NCBI GenBank assembly: GCA_950097015.1
Contig: CATNEN010000001.1
Location: 806,001 to 870,000 of the forward strand
Direction: 5' to 3'
From: Macrostomum hystrix
Taxonomy: Eukaryota; Animalia; Platyhelminthes
Length of the DNA stretch: 64,000 bases
A program made the position numbers and the translations under genes. The notes below the pieces were generated by a model. That model ran no database searches. It was not told the origin of the DNA and saw only the letters and a list, made by a program, of their open reading frames with translations. Positions 37,192-49,571 of the stretch are shown here, piece after piece; the stretch's first letter is position 1; each line of letters opens with the position of its first letter.

Positions 37192-37939
37192 CTAACTCTG
37201 CAATGCCTGGACTGTTAAAGGTATTTTTTTATTCCTCTCGTTAGCATCGAAAGCTCACACAGTTACCTTTTTTAATCTTTAAAATATCATTTAGTCAGAG
37301 CTTTTAACCATAAATCTTCTGCTAGATAAAATTGGCAATCCAATTAAAGCCCTAGAGTACTATTGTACAGTGAGTATTGCACGTCACTGCTAGCAATATT
37401 CAGTCATTCTTATCTGGGTGCGAATGAATGCTATTTAGTCTACTCTAATAATATCTTATCACCACGGTTCAATCTGCTAATGTTCAACTCGGAGAGTTCA
37501 TTTCAGAGTAGAGAAAATGATACGAGACGGGTAGGTTCACGAAAATTCTGTTAAATAAACATAGGCATGACTGTACATTGGAACAGACGAGCAAAATGTT
37601 TAGAAAGACTGACCCATGGTTTATTAAAGTTAAAATCTACAGGGTTAGTTAAATTCCTTAGGTTTTTAACTAATAGATTTCTAACTCCAACTCAACTCGT
37701 ACATTCTCTATAAAACCTATAAAACCTATAAAACCGCTTTGAAAACAGAATGACACGTGCTAGCGGGTCTTACGCTCGAAGCTAGTAGAACCACAAATTT
37801 CTAACTGGATGTATTTATAGTGAAAGTTCCACATTGATTTGCATGATTTGCTTGCAGCTTGGCATTGAAGGTTGCATTGAAAAAAAATAAATAATGCTTA
37901 AAAATTTACTACTGAGGAGCTGAAGCACTATCGGTTAGA

Positions 37940-38415
37940 GCAGAGACATGTGAGAGTGTAGACAGGTGAGAGTGTAGACAGGCGACAGTGGAGACAGGTG
38001 AGAGTGTAGACAGGTGAGAGTGGAGACAGGTGAGAGTGTAGACAGGCGACAGTGGAGACAGGTGAGAGTGGAGACAGGTGAGAGTGGAGACAGGTGAGAG
38101 TGGAGACAAGTGAGAGTGGAGACAGGTGAGAGTGGAGACAGGTGAGAGTGAAGACAGGTGATAGTGGAGACAGGTGAGAGAGTAGACAGGTGACAGTGGA
38201 GACAGGTGAGAGTGGAGACAGCTGAGAGTGGAGACAAGTGAGAGTGGAGACAGGTGAGAGTGGAGACAGGTGAGAGTGAAGACAGGTGATAGTGGAGACA
38301 GGTGAGAGAGTAGACAGGTGAGAGTGGAGACAGATGACAGTGGAGACAGGTGAGAGTGTAGACAGGGGACAGTGGAGACGGGGGAAAGAGGAGACAGGTG
38401 ACAGAGGAGACAGGA
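37940..38415. repeat. 17-bp minisatellite GAGAGTGGAGACAGGTG
   Basis: Tandem units visible. Confidence 0.93.
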
Positions 38416-39169
38416 ACGTACTTTTATATGTTGCGCAGTAAGTTCCTATGCTTGTGCGATGATATAATCTATTTGCAATGGACAATTTCTAAAGCAAGAG
38501 ATTTGAAGGTCCACAGGATCGGGAAAACGTTTAGATCGAATGTACTTAGTCAAATCGTTTAAAATAAACTAATGTACTCACCCTCACAATTAAAATACCC
38601 TAAATTTACGTTTCACGAACGGAAAAAATAAATTTTAACTTAAATTATTTCACAGAAGAATCTTTCGTGGTGCCTCAGGCGGAACGCTCGCCAAAAGCAC
38701 CATCGACAAGATAGACCGCAATCTAGCGTAGTGTGAGCACATTTTTTCTGTCAATAAAGCGACTGTTCCGTCTATTTTTAGAATAAGTTCAAATTAAACG
38801 TGAGAAATTCACACCTAGCCCGGTCCGTACCAGCCAGGTGGGCTGACGCCAAGCACCCCGTCAACTCTGCCCCTGGGCTGGAGTCCCGGCTAATCAGATT
38901 GTGGTAGTCTGATCGTACTGATCGTAGAGTCTGTATACTCTCCAAAATTGATAATATCAGTATTTGTGTTTTGAATCATATTGTTTATTTTTTCTGGGAG
39001 ACGGTCATGAGCGTCTACATAAACTCCTCAACTCAACAACAATATTCATCACCGCTCCTACTACGAGTATATTACGAAGCATTAGTTTCTATCGGAAGCT
39101 TTTTGGTCGGAAAAACAATTAGTGAAGTGAATTGCATTGCGTTGCAAAATATCCTGCTGATTTCGAGAA

Positions 39170-41774
39170 CTAAAGCAGCTGGCAGCCACAGCAGCAGGTC
39201 TGAGGATAGTCGACCGTGTGCACCAGCCGGTTATCTCCGTACACGAAGAACTCAAACTCCTTGTCCTTCCACTGGCAGTCGCACTGGAACACTGGCACAC
39301 CGCGGATCACGTGATTCTGCATCCAGATTCGACCAGTTCGGCCCAGTGCCCGATGCTCCTGGACGATCTTGACCGACTCTGCGTTCACCTGTGCCTCAGG
39401 AGACGACTGGATCGGATTCAGCAACGGCTGCGTGTCCTCGAACAGGGTCTGGGTGTTTTTTAAAAAAAAACCATGCAATTTTCCCCTTGGTGAAAGACAA
39501 CAGGATACTTCAAACATACTGCCTACTTCACAATTCCTCCCAAACCGATTAAACCGATTTTCGTGAAAGTCCACCATCTAAATCAAAACTTTCCGACCAT
39601 TAAGACGAACAAACATTCAAAGCTGTCCCATGTCAGCATCGAGATATTCAGCGGTTATTCTCGAATATCATTGTGTAACAGCGCTATGTATAAACCTCTA
39701 TAGCTAATCCATATTAATTTATTAAAAAAATTAACTGTGTAATCAACAAAAAATATAAAAAGTGATACCTGACATGGTTGTTTGATGAAACATTGTGAGC
39801 AGAAATATTATGCACATTGGTGGCTTTTGCCATCAGACATCCCGACAAGAATCGTTGAACATCTCGACTTGGTTGAATATTTTGGGAGATACAGAAAATT
39901 AGAAAAAAGGTGGGCATTCGGTCTTTGGACTGTTAATGGAGCTTGGAGCTCAGTGGTTTCTAGTGATATAGTTTAAGTTACTAACCTCTGCGAAATTCGA
40001 CTACTTCTGTGCTAAACTAGCAATTCATTTTCCTTTTCAAGTCAGAATGGCTAGCAAAAAAATTCTGAGTTGATTTAGGAAAACGTTTTTTTAATGTATT
40101 TCTCTTCAGCATAAAGTAATTTCGTTGCCAGAGTATATGTATCGTCTTATGAGATTTTTTGATCGAATTGTCTCAGATTGGTTGAAATTGATTGTGTTAA
40201 ACCCAACCTTGAAGGAAAAGTATAGAACCATTTAGTGTTAGTACAGCTGGAGTTCGAATCTCAGACCTAGATAGGCTATTCTTGTCCTTGAGTAAGCGAC
40301 AAACTGTCAAACGGGAACCAGCATCTGTTGGGGTAGTAATTTAGGGTGGGTGTGGCGGCAAACCAGTCCATGGACTGAACAGCTGTACGCCATCTTTGAA
40401 CAACAGGATGCGGCTGTGCCACTGACTGTATTTCTGCCCCAACTAGGCTAGTTGTAGTCTATTTTGCAATCTGTCGATTTTATGCAGCCCATGACTCACA
40501 GCTCCAGGAACATTCCGAATCAGGTGATCTGGCAGGGCTGTCTTCTCTAGGATGAAATCCTTCGTGTGCGTTTTATACAGCGTTGTGAGCTGCACGAAGC
40601 ACTTAACCTGGCCAGTGGCCGCACAGATCGGGCACGGAATGCGTCCTGATCCGTGGCAGTTGAAGCAGCGTCGCTTACCGGAGCCACCGCATGACAAGCA
40701 GCGCCTGCGATTGTCCCCAAAGCCTGTGTGGCCCGAGCCGTGGCAGCGAGTGCAGCGAGTCCGACCCCAACCCCGGCAGCGTAGACACATCACCAGGGTC
40801 AAGCCCTGGCAGAAGTGGCAGGTTCGCACACTGGCTGTGTGCGGCACTTCGCAGGTCATTCGCTCGTCGCGGAACATTTCCGGCACCCGAACCTGTGTGC
40901 CAATGTTAGAAGAAGGTAAGGTAGATATTAAAAAACCTTTTCTAGTTTCTCGGCAAGCCAACGCAACTGAGTTTGGTTGGTTTGGATCGAGGATTGACCT
41001 CTGCCTTGTAAGCTTCCAAAATGAGTTCAGACCTCCAAAACGGTGGTCAGATTCATTGTGTCTGTTTTAATCTGCCTTTGATCGAAGGGTAATTGGCCAA
41101 GACTCCACACATTCTCACTTCAATCTGCCACGGCGCAGGCGGTTGTCCGTTCTGCGGTCCGTCGATTGGCTGTCCGCGGTACGGCTCCGAGGCCCAGTCG
41201 GTGGACCGAGTCTCCAGAAACGTCCTGAAAACGTAGTGCACAGCTGTGCTCTGCTGCAGACTCTTGAAGGTCATGGTCTCGGCGGCACCCTTGCCCCAGC
41301 AGCATTTGGACTTTGCAACCGCCAGCAGCAACTCGCGAGCTTCGGCTTCAGTGAGCTTCTTGCCTGACACCCAGCGTTCAACATTCGAGCCTCTTGTGGC
41401 TTCTTGATACGTCGGCGGCGGTGGAGCCACGAACGTTACATTCGGAGGTAAGATGTCTTCATAGCCTGGTGGTGCATTGTGTACTAGTTGTGTACTTGGT
41501 CCGAATTTAAAATGGTTCTTTTATTAATTATACCTGGAATCCTGGATCACGACAGAAGTTGACGTCATTCCCTGAGTAGAAATCTCCCAGTCTCACCCTT
41601 TATCCTCTCCATCTCCTGAATTGGTGGCCCAACTGGCTGCTGCATCTGCTGGGCAGCTGAAGGGTCGTCGAAAGGCATCTCTCCGTGGCCCTCTGGCACG
41701 CCGCTGACCTCCACGGGGCCTGGCTGTCCTGGCAGCTGCTGCTGCTGCTGACGATTTCCTGATGGCTGCTGCAT
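39170..41774 (-). CDS. ssuh2: SSUH2-family protein, paralog 3 (~398 aa)
   Basis: Exons 41774-41597, 41465-41119, 40892-40500, 39448-39170 (1197 nt); PPPPTY; Arg-rich zinc fingers; CCCGCQLL. Confidence 0.9.
40230..40430 (+). mobile_element. Degenerate SINE family A copy
   Basis: GAGTTCGAATC and GGGTGGGTGTGG...CAGTCCATGGACTGAACAGCTGTACGC. Confidence 0.55.
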
Positions 41775-42345
41775 CTAAGCTTGAGAAATATTATCCAAAC
41801 TTGCGTAAACTTAACTCTGAACGAGTATTGACATTAGTACGGGGGCTGCGTTAACGACTATGTGCGTCTAAAATAGCGTGGTTAGTTTCTCAACTATTTG
41901 TTCTGTACACGGTCACTTAGCAACCGAACTCAAGTGCTCTGCTTGACAGACTCTAGCGCGCAGTTCGCACATCTTTTTGGTGGTTTAGTGAGTGAAGAAA
42001 AAAAGCACACCTGAGATTGGAGGGCCAGTGAAAGTATTCTGAGATGGGAGAGAGAATTCGGTCAGAAAAAAATGTCTGTTTGAAATAGCTATTTTGGACA
42101 CAATGGCGTAGGCATTCCCGATTGGTGCACCGTACTGTGTGTTACGGTGAAGTTTTTCTGGGGCAGTCTTCCGACTATCATGCACAGCTCACGCTGTATT
42201 TAATATGCTCTAAATTTGTTCTCTGTATAAAATTCAGCTTGCAATAACATCGCAGCTCTTGTTACTGCGTAGTCAAGCATTCGCTTTTAGTACTTTAATC
42301 AAACGCACTTTAAAAGCGGCCAGTTAAAGCACTACGTGTTGGAAT

Positions 42346-43090
42346 AGACTAAAGCTATGGGAGTGACTAGACTAAGGCTATATGGGAGTGACTAGACTAA
42401 GGCTATATGGGAGTGACTAGACTAAGGCTATGGGAGTGACTAGACTAAGGCTATATGGGAGTGACTAGACTAAGGCTATGGGAGTGACTAGACTAAGGCT
42501 CTGTGAGTGACTAGACTAAGGCTATATGGGAGTGACTAGACTAAGGTTATATGGGAGTGACTAGACTAAGGCTATGGGAGTGACTAGACTAAGGCTATAT
42601 GGGAGTGACTAGACTAAGGCTATGGGAGTGACTAGACTAAGGCTATGGGAGTGACTAGACTAAGGCTATGGGAGTGACTAGACTAAGGCTATGGGAGTGA
42701 CTAGAACCAAGGCTCTGTGAGTGACTAGACTAAGGCTATGGGAGTGACTAGACTAAGGCTATATGGGAGTGACTAGACTAAGGCTATATGGGAGTGACTA
42801 GACTAAGGCTATATGGGAGTGACTAGACTAAGGCTATATGGGAGTGACTAGACTAAGGCTATGGGAGTGACTAGACTAAGGCTATGGGAGTGACTAGACT
42901 AAGGCTATATGGGAGTGACTAGACTAAGGCTATGGGAGTGACTAGACTAAGGCTATGGGAGTGACTAGACTAAGGCTATATGGGAGTGACTAGACTAAGG
43001 CTATGGGAGTGACTAGACTAAGGCTATGGGAGTGACTAGACTAAGGCTATGGGAGTGACTGGACCAAAGCTATGGGAGTGAATAGACTAA
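42346..43090. repeat. 22/24-bp minisatellite GGGAGTGACTAGACTAAGGCTAT(AT)
   Basis: Tandem units with or without an extra AT. Confidence 0.95.
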
Positions 43091-43440
43091 TCAGTAGTCT
43101 TTGTCTTAACTGATTCAAATATTAAGAAGTCTGTTACGCAGAGCAGCAATTAGAAGATAGTATTTATTTTACTCCGAGGTGTTAAAAGACTTTTAATATC
43201 ATGAAGAGATGTGTAATATATTCATAAGAGCGATATCATAAGACATATAATCAAAGGGTCAGCTCTAACAGGGAGAGATCGGAAAGAGACAGAAAATAAA
43301 AACCTGGCTTTAAAGCGATAAGTTTGTAGCGTTAAGAAACCAGCAGAAACGTTCAAAAGAAGGCATTGTCTTTTAATTAATCACAATTATAGGACAGCAT
43401 ATGTTTAATATATTTTTAACCTCCCAAGCAAAAAAACATT

Positions 43441-45693
43441 TCACAGCAGCTGGCAGCCACAGCAGCAGGTCTGCGGATAGTCGACCGTGTGCACCAGCCG
43501 GTTGTCTCCGTACACGAAGAACTGGAACTCCTTGTCCTTCCACTGGCAGTCGCACTGGAACACTGGCACACCGCGGATCACGTGATTCTGCATCCAGATT
43601 CGACCAGTTTGACCCAGTGCCCGATGCTCCTGGACGATCTTGACCGACTGAGCGTTGACTTCCCCCTCCGGGAAGGTCTGGATCGGATTCAGCAACGGCT
43701 GCGTGTCCTCGAACAACACCTGAAGCAATTCAGATGTGTCCATATGTGACAGATGATTTGAAGGGTAAATTCTATGTACTGGCATCAGCTGAGTATATGT
43801 TTCGGTGGGTTTAGTTGCCTTCCCTATGTACATGGACTGAACAGCAGTACGTAGCAGGAGTTACAAATAATATAATATAATTTTACTTTATCTTAATAGT
43901 AATAATAACTACCGGAGGGCTGCAGGCAATGGCACATCATTTGGTGACACTAGACCCGCAGCCAGCGAGGAGGCAATTCCGCTCATTTCGCTGACCCCTG
44001 AGCACACAGGCACACGGATACTGTACGCAGGCACACGCTCACACAGGTGTGTACATCTGCGCTCACTTCTCATCGTCAGGCAGTGCACATTCTCACTGTG
44101 CCTACCTGCCGTCTCTCCTCGGCTGCGCCCTAAATAAATGTGGCCTCGCCGCGGAATTGAGCTTGGTGCGAAAGGCGAACGCATTATACCGCTCGCCACT
44201 CACTCCCCATCTTGCTTGCTACCTTAGGTAGATTTTCATAGAAATAGGTATTTGTCCTTAAAAGTGTGACCCACAGTTTATGCCGGAGTTGTGCCTACCG
44301 TTCCTGGCACATTTCGAATCAGATGATCCGGCAGCGCTGTCCTCTCCAGGATGAAATCCTTCACGTGGGTTTGGTAGGTGATGGTCATGCTCACGAAGCA
44401 TTTCACCTGGCCAGTAGCTTCACAGGTGGGGCAGGGGATGCGGCCATGGCCGTGACACTTCATGCAGCGCCTCTTTCCAGAGCCGTGGCAACTGCTGCAT
44501 GAGGTTCGATTCTCGCCGATGCCTCGATGCCCGGAGCCGTGGCAGAAGCCACAGCGAGTACGGCCCCAGCCCATGCAGCGCAGGCAGGTGACCAATCTGC
44601 AGCCACGGCATCCGTGACAGGTTCGCACAGAGGCCGTGTGGGGCACTTCGCATTTGAGAACTGAATCTTGGAACATCGCTGGGTTGGCGAGCTGCAAATT
44701 CGGTCAAGTGAAAGTGAAGAAATGGCAAATAAAGCGTGATGAAACGCTACACCCACTCTCAATTATCCCAGCTGATTTCCCCCCCCCGACCTTAAAGACG
44801 CGAGTCCGACCACTCTAACCACTAGGCTACAACCCGAAGATTTCTATTCTGAACTCTGTCAGACAACAGAAAAATTAGAATTTGAGTACGCGTTCTTGCA
44901 CATGTGGTCCCACCTGTATTTCCCATGGTTGCGGCGCGGTCCCGTTCATTGGCCCGTCGATTGGCTGGCCGTGGTAGGGCTCAGAGGCCCAGTCAGTAGA
45001 GCGCGATTCAACAAACGTCTTCAAGGCGTAGTGCACAGCCGTTGTCTGTTTCAGGCTTTTGAAAGTCATGCCTTCAGCTGCACCCTTGCCCCAGCAAAAC
45101 TTCGACTTGGCCAGGGCGATGAGTTGGTCGCGAGCTTCTTTCTCGGTTAGCTTGGCCATTGAAGCGATCTCCTCAATGGAATTGCCGCTTGTAGCCTGCT
45201 GGTAGGACGGTGGCGGCGCTACGAATGTGACGCTCGGTGACAGGATCTCGTCATAGCCTATCGAGGTATGAAGATTTTTTATCTAAGGCGCTTTAGTGCA
45301 GGTATATTTAGCCGGCACTGATTTACCTTGGATTTTGTCCATATCTTGCATAGGCGGCGCCGTAGCTGGTAGAGGTTGCTTGCCATTATCTTCACTGTCC
45401 ATTGGTATCTCACCAATTCCCACGGGTTCTCCTTCAGCTTGTGGCTGAGATCCATGTGCTCCCGTTTGTCCAGGTGGAGCTCCGTAGGGTCCCGATTGTC
45501 CAGGTGGAGCTCCGTAGGGTCCCGTTTGTCCAGGTGGAGCTCCGTAGGGTCCCGTTTGTCCAGGTGGATCTCCGTTGGGTCCCGATTGTCCAGGTGGAGC
45601 TCCGTAGGGTCCCGTTTGTCCAGGTGAAGCTCCGTAGGGTCCCGGTTGTCCAGGTGGAGCTCCGTAGCTTGGGTTCTGATGCAGCGGATGCAT
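43441..45693 (-). CDS. ssuh2: SSUH2-family protein, paralog 4 (~460 aa) with N-terminal 10-aa GPYGAPPGQ(T/S) repeats
   Basis: Exons 45693-45327, 45257-44914, 44691-44299, 43719-43441 (1383 nt); PPPSY; zinc fingers; CCCGCQLL. The true start could lie in an upstream exon. Confidence 0.88.
43895..44208 (-). mobile_element. SINE family B, short subfamily (SSUH2-4 last intron)
   Basis: Head GGGGAGTGAGTGGCGAGCGG, family B body with the diagnostic deletion, TTA tail. Confidence 0.82.
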
Positions 45694-46347
45694 GTGTCCA
45701 GGGCTCTTACTGACTACAATTTATCCAGCTCTGGCAGAAGTTTCTATTTTTGCCCTGCTTTATATTGACCATACTGAACCAAGGCCATCCCTTCCCTGAA
45801 TTCTCATTCCCGCCCCAAGAAGACTAAGAGTAGGCATTTTTTCAAAGCTTAATGTACACACGGGCAGAACCGTGGCGTGTATTTGGGTCTGTAAGAATCA
45901 TGACTAAAGGCAGAGAGAATGGGGAGAAAAAATTGGTGACGACTGGAAAGGGAAATGGGAAGAGACTGTGGACAGGAATTGAATGGGGATAGGAAAAATG
46001 ACTGTGTACTCAGACTTTGCACTTCTAAGGCTAGTTCACACAGTTAGTTCTCTAGTAGATCATTCTGACAGTCATGATTAGTCTGTGCATAGTCGCAATG
46101 TGAACTTTTATTTGGAAATTCGGTCACTACCATTTTCTCTCATTTTTCTCATTAAATTTTCTCACCGCATTCACCCTATACTGTACTTTGCATGAGCTTC
46201 AGTGTTTTCCCTTCTGCTACTTTTTATCTTTCTTCTGCAAGTTGATAAAAACTCTAAATCACATGCATGCTTTCAATCAATGCAATTAGAAAATAAAATG
46301 TTATTTTCTTTTGACTTAAAGATCGACACAGATTTAGGTTTGGAATT

Positions 46348-49273
46348 TTGCACAACTTATTAGCTAGCGGGCCAAATAGAGAACCTAGAAGACGACAGCG
46401 GGCCGCATTGACTGTAAAAATATGAGACAATGTAGAGATGAGACACGGGAGAGATGAGACACGGGAGAGATGAGACACGGGAGAGATGAGACACGGGAGA
46501 GTTGAGACAGGGGAGAGATGAGACACGGGAGAGATAAGACGCGGGAGAGTTGAGACAGGGGAGAGATGAGACACGGGAGAGATGAGACACGGGAGAGATA
46601 AGACGCGGGAGAGTTGAGACAGGGGAGAGATGAGACGGCAGAGATGAGACACGGGAGAGATGAGACACGGGAGAGATGAGACACGGGAGAGATGAGACGG
46701 CAGAGATGAGACACGGGAGAGATGAGACACGGGAGAGATGAGACACGGGAGAGATGAGACACGGGAGAGATAAGACGCGGGAGAGTTGAGACAGGGGAGA
46801 GATGAGACACGGGAGAGATGAGACACGGGAGAGATAAGACGCGGGAGAGTTGAGACAGGGGAGAGATGAGACAGGGGAGAGATGAGACACGGGAGAGATG
46901 AGACACGGGAGAGATAAGACGCGGGAGAGTTGAGACAGGGGAGAGATGAGACACGGGAGAGATGAGACACGGGAGAGATGAGACACGGGAGAGATGAGAC
47001 ACGGGAGAGATGAGACACGGGAGAGATAAGACGCGGGAGAGTTGAGACAGGGGAGAGATGAGACACGGGAGAGATGAGACACGGGAGAGATGAGACACGG
47101 GAGAGATGAGACACGGGAGAGATAAGACGCGGGAGAGTTGAGACAGGGGAGAGATGAGACACGGGAGAGATGAGACACGGGAGAGATGAGACACGGGAGA
47201 GATGAGACACGGGAGAGATAAGACGCGGGAGAGTTGAGACAGGGGAGAGATGAGACACGGGAGAGATGAGACACGGGAGAGATAAGACGCGGGAGAGTTG
47301 AGACAGGGGAGAGATGAGACACGGGAGAGATGAGACACAGGAGAGATGAGACACAGGTGAGATGAGACACGGGAGAGATGAGACACGGGAGAGATGAGAC
47401 ACGGGAGAGATGAGACACGGGAGAGATGAGACACGGGAGAGATAAGACGCGGGAGAGTTGAGACAGGGGAGAGATGAGACACGGGAGAGATGAGACACGG
47501 GAGAGATGAGACACGGGAGAGATGAGACACGGGAGAGATAAGACGCGGGAGAGTTGAGACAGGGGAGAGATGAGACACGGGAGAGATGAGACACGGGAGA
47601 GATAAGACGCGGGAGAGTTGAGACACGGGAGAGATGAGACACGGGAGAGATGAGACACAGGAGAGATGAGACACAGGTGAGATGAGACACGGGAGAGATA
47701 AGACGCGGGAGAGTTGAGACAGGGGAGAGATGAGACACGGGAGAGATGAGACACGGGAGAGATAAGACGCGGGAGAGTTGAGACAGGGGAGAGATGAGAC
47801 ACGGGAGAGATGAGACACGGGAGAGATGAGACACGGGAGAGATAAGACGCGGGAGAGTTGAGACAGGGGAGAGATGAGACACGGGAGAGATGAGACACGG
47901 GAGAGATAAGACGCGGGAGAGTTGAGACAGGGGAGAGATGAGACAGGGGAGAGATGAGACACGGGAGAGATGAGACACGGGAGAGATAAGACGCGGGAGA
48001 GTTGAGACAGGGGAGAGATGAGACACGGGAGAGATGAGACACGGGAGAGATGAGACACGGGAGAGATGAGACACGGGAGAGATGAGACACGGGAGAGATA
48101 AGACGCGGGAGAGTTGAGACAGGGGAGAGATGAGACACGGGAGAGATGAGACACGGGAGAGATGAGACACGGGAGAGATGAGACACGGGAGAGATAAGAC
48201 GCGGGAGAGTTGAGACAGGGGAGAGATGAGACACGGGAGAGATGAGACACGGGAGAGATGAGACACGGGAGAGATGAGACACGGGAGAGATAAGACGCGG
48301 GAGAGTTGAGACAGGGGAGAGATGAGACACGGGAGAGATGAGACACGGGAGAGATAAGACGCGGGAGAGTTGAGACAGGGGAGAGATGAGACACGGGAGA
48401 GATGAGACACAGGAGAGATGAGACACAGGTGAGATGAGACACGGGAGAGATAAGACGCGGGAGAGTTGAGACAGGGGAGAGATGAGACACGGGAGAGATG
48501 AGACACGGGAGAGATAAGACGCGGGAGAGTTGAGACAGGGGAGAGATGAGACACGGGAGAGATGAGACACGGGAGAGATGAGACACAGGAGAGATGAGAC
48601 ACAGGTGAGATGAGACAGGGAAGAGACGAGACACTGGAGAGATGAGACGGCAGAGATGAGACACGGGAGAGATGAGACACGGGAGAGATGAGACACGGGA
48701 GAGATAAGACACGGGAGAGATAAGACGCGGGAGAGTTGAGACAGGGGAGAGATGAGACACGGGAGAGATGAGACACGGGAGAGATAAGACGCGGGAGAGT
48801 TGAGACAGGGGAGAGATGAGACACGGGAGAGATGAGACACAGGAGAGATGAGACACAGGTGAGATGAGACAGGGAAGAGACGAGACACTGGAGAGATGAG
48901 ACGGCAGAGATGAGACACGGGAGAGATGAGACACGGGAGAGATGAGACACGGGAGAGATAAGACACGGGAGAGATGAGACACGGGAGAGATGAGACAGGG
49001 GAGAGATGAGACACGGGAGAGATGAGACACGGGAGAGATGAGACACGGGAGAGATGAGACACGGGAGAGATGAGACGCGGGAGAGTTCAGACAGGGGAGA
49101 GATGAGACACGGGAGAGAAAGGACACAGGGGACAGGGGAGCGATGAGACAGGGGAGAGATATTACAGCGGAGAGACGAGACAGGATACTGTAGATGTCGG
49201 AATGGGCAACGGGCCGGATTTGGGAGCTTCGAGGGCCGCATCTGGCCCGCGGGCCGGAGTTTGCCGACCCCTG
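46348..49273. mobile_element. hAT/Charlie-like MITE carrying a 2.7-kb minisatellite
   Basis: Right end GGCCCGCGGGCCGGAGTTTGCCGACCCCTG followed by GTCTAGAT (Charlie-type TIR and NTCTAGAN target). The left side has GCGGGCCAAAT...GCGGGCCGCA subterminal motifs, but its TIR is decayed. Confidence 0.55.
46434..49115. repeat. 17-bp minisatellite GAGAGATGAGACACGGG with higher-order variant blocks
   Basis: Tandem units; recurring GATAAGACGC-GTTGAGACAG variant pair. Confidence 0.97.
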
Positions 49274-49571
49274 GTCTAGATAAAGTACGAAAATAAGAAC
49301 AAAAGTCAAATTTTGTCTATTTGATAATAACTCAACTGTTTTAGTGACTGTATAAATGAATTGATGCATATATAGGTACAGTTTTGTGTAGCCAAGACTA
49401 ATGTCAATAAATAAATCTTGGAATAAGGATGGCCGCTGCCAAATTAAAATAAATACATTTTCGTGTTGTAAACAGATAAGCATTAAAATAGTACTTTTGC
49501 CAGTAGCTCTGCTGTTAAAGACGCTCTGAATATTTCGTTCTACGCTAGCTAGTATCGAACAATGTCGATAG

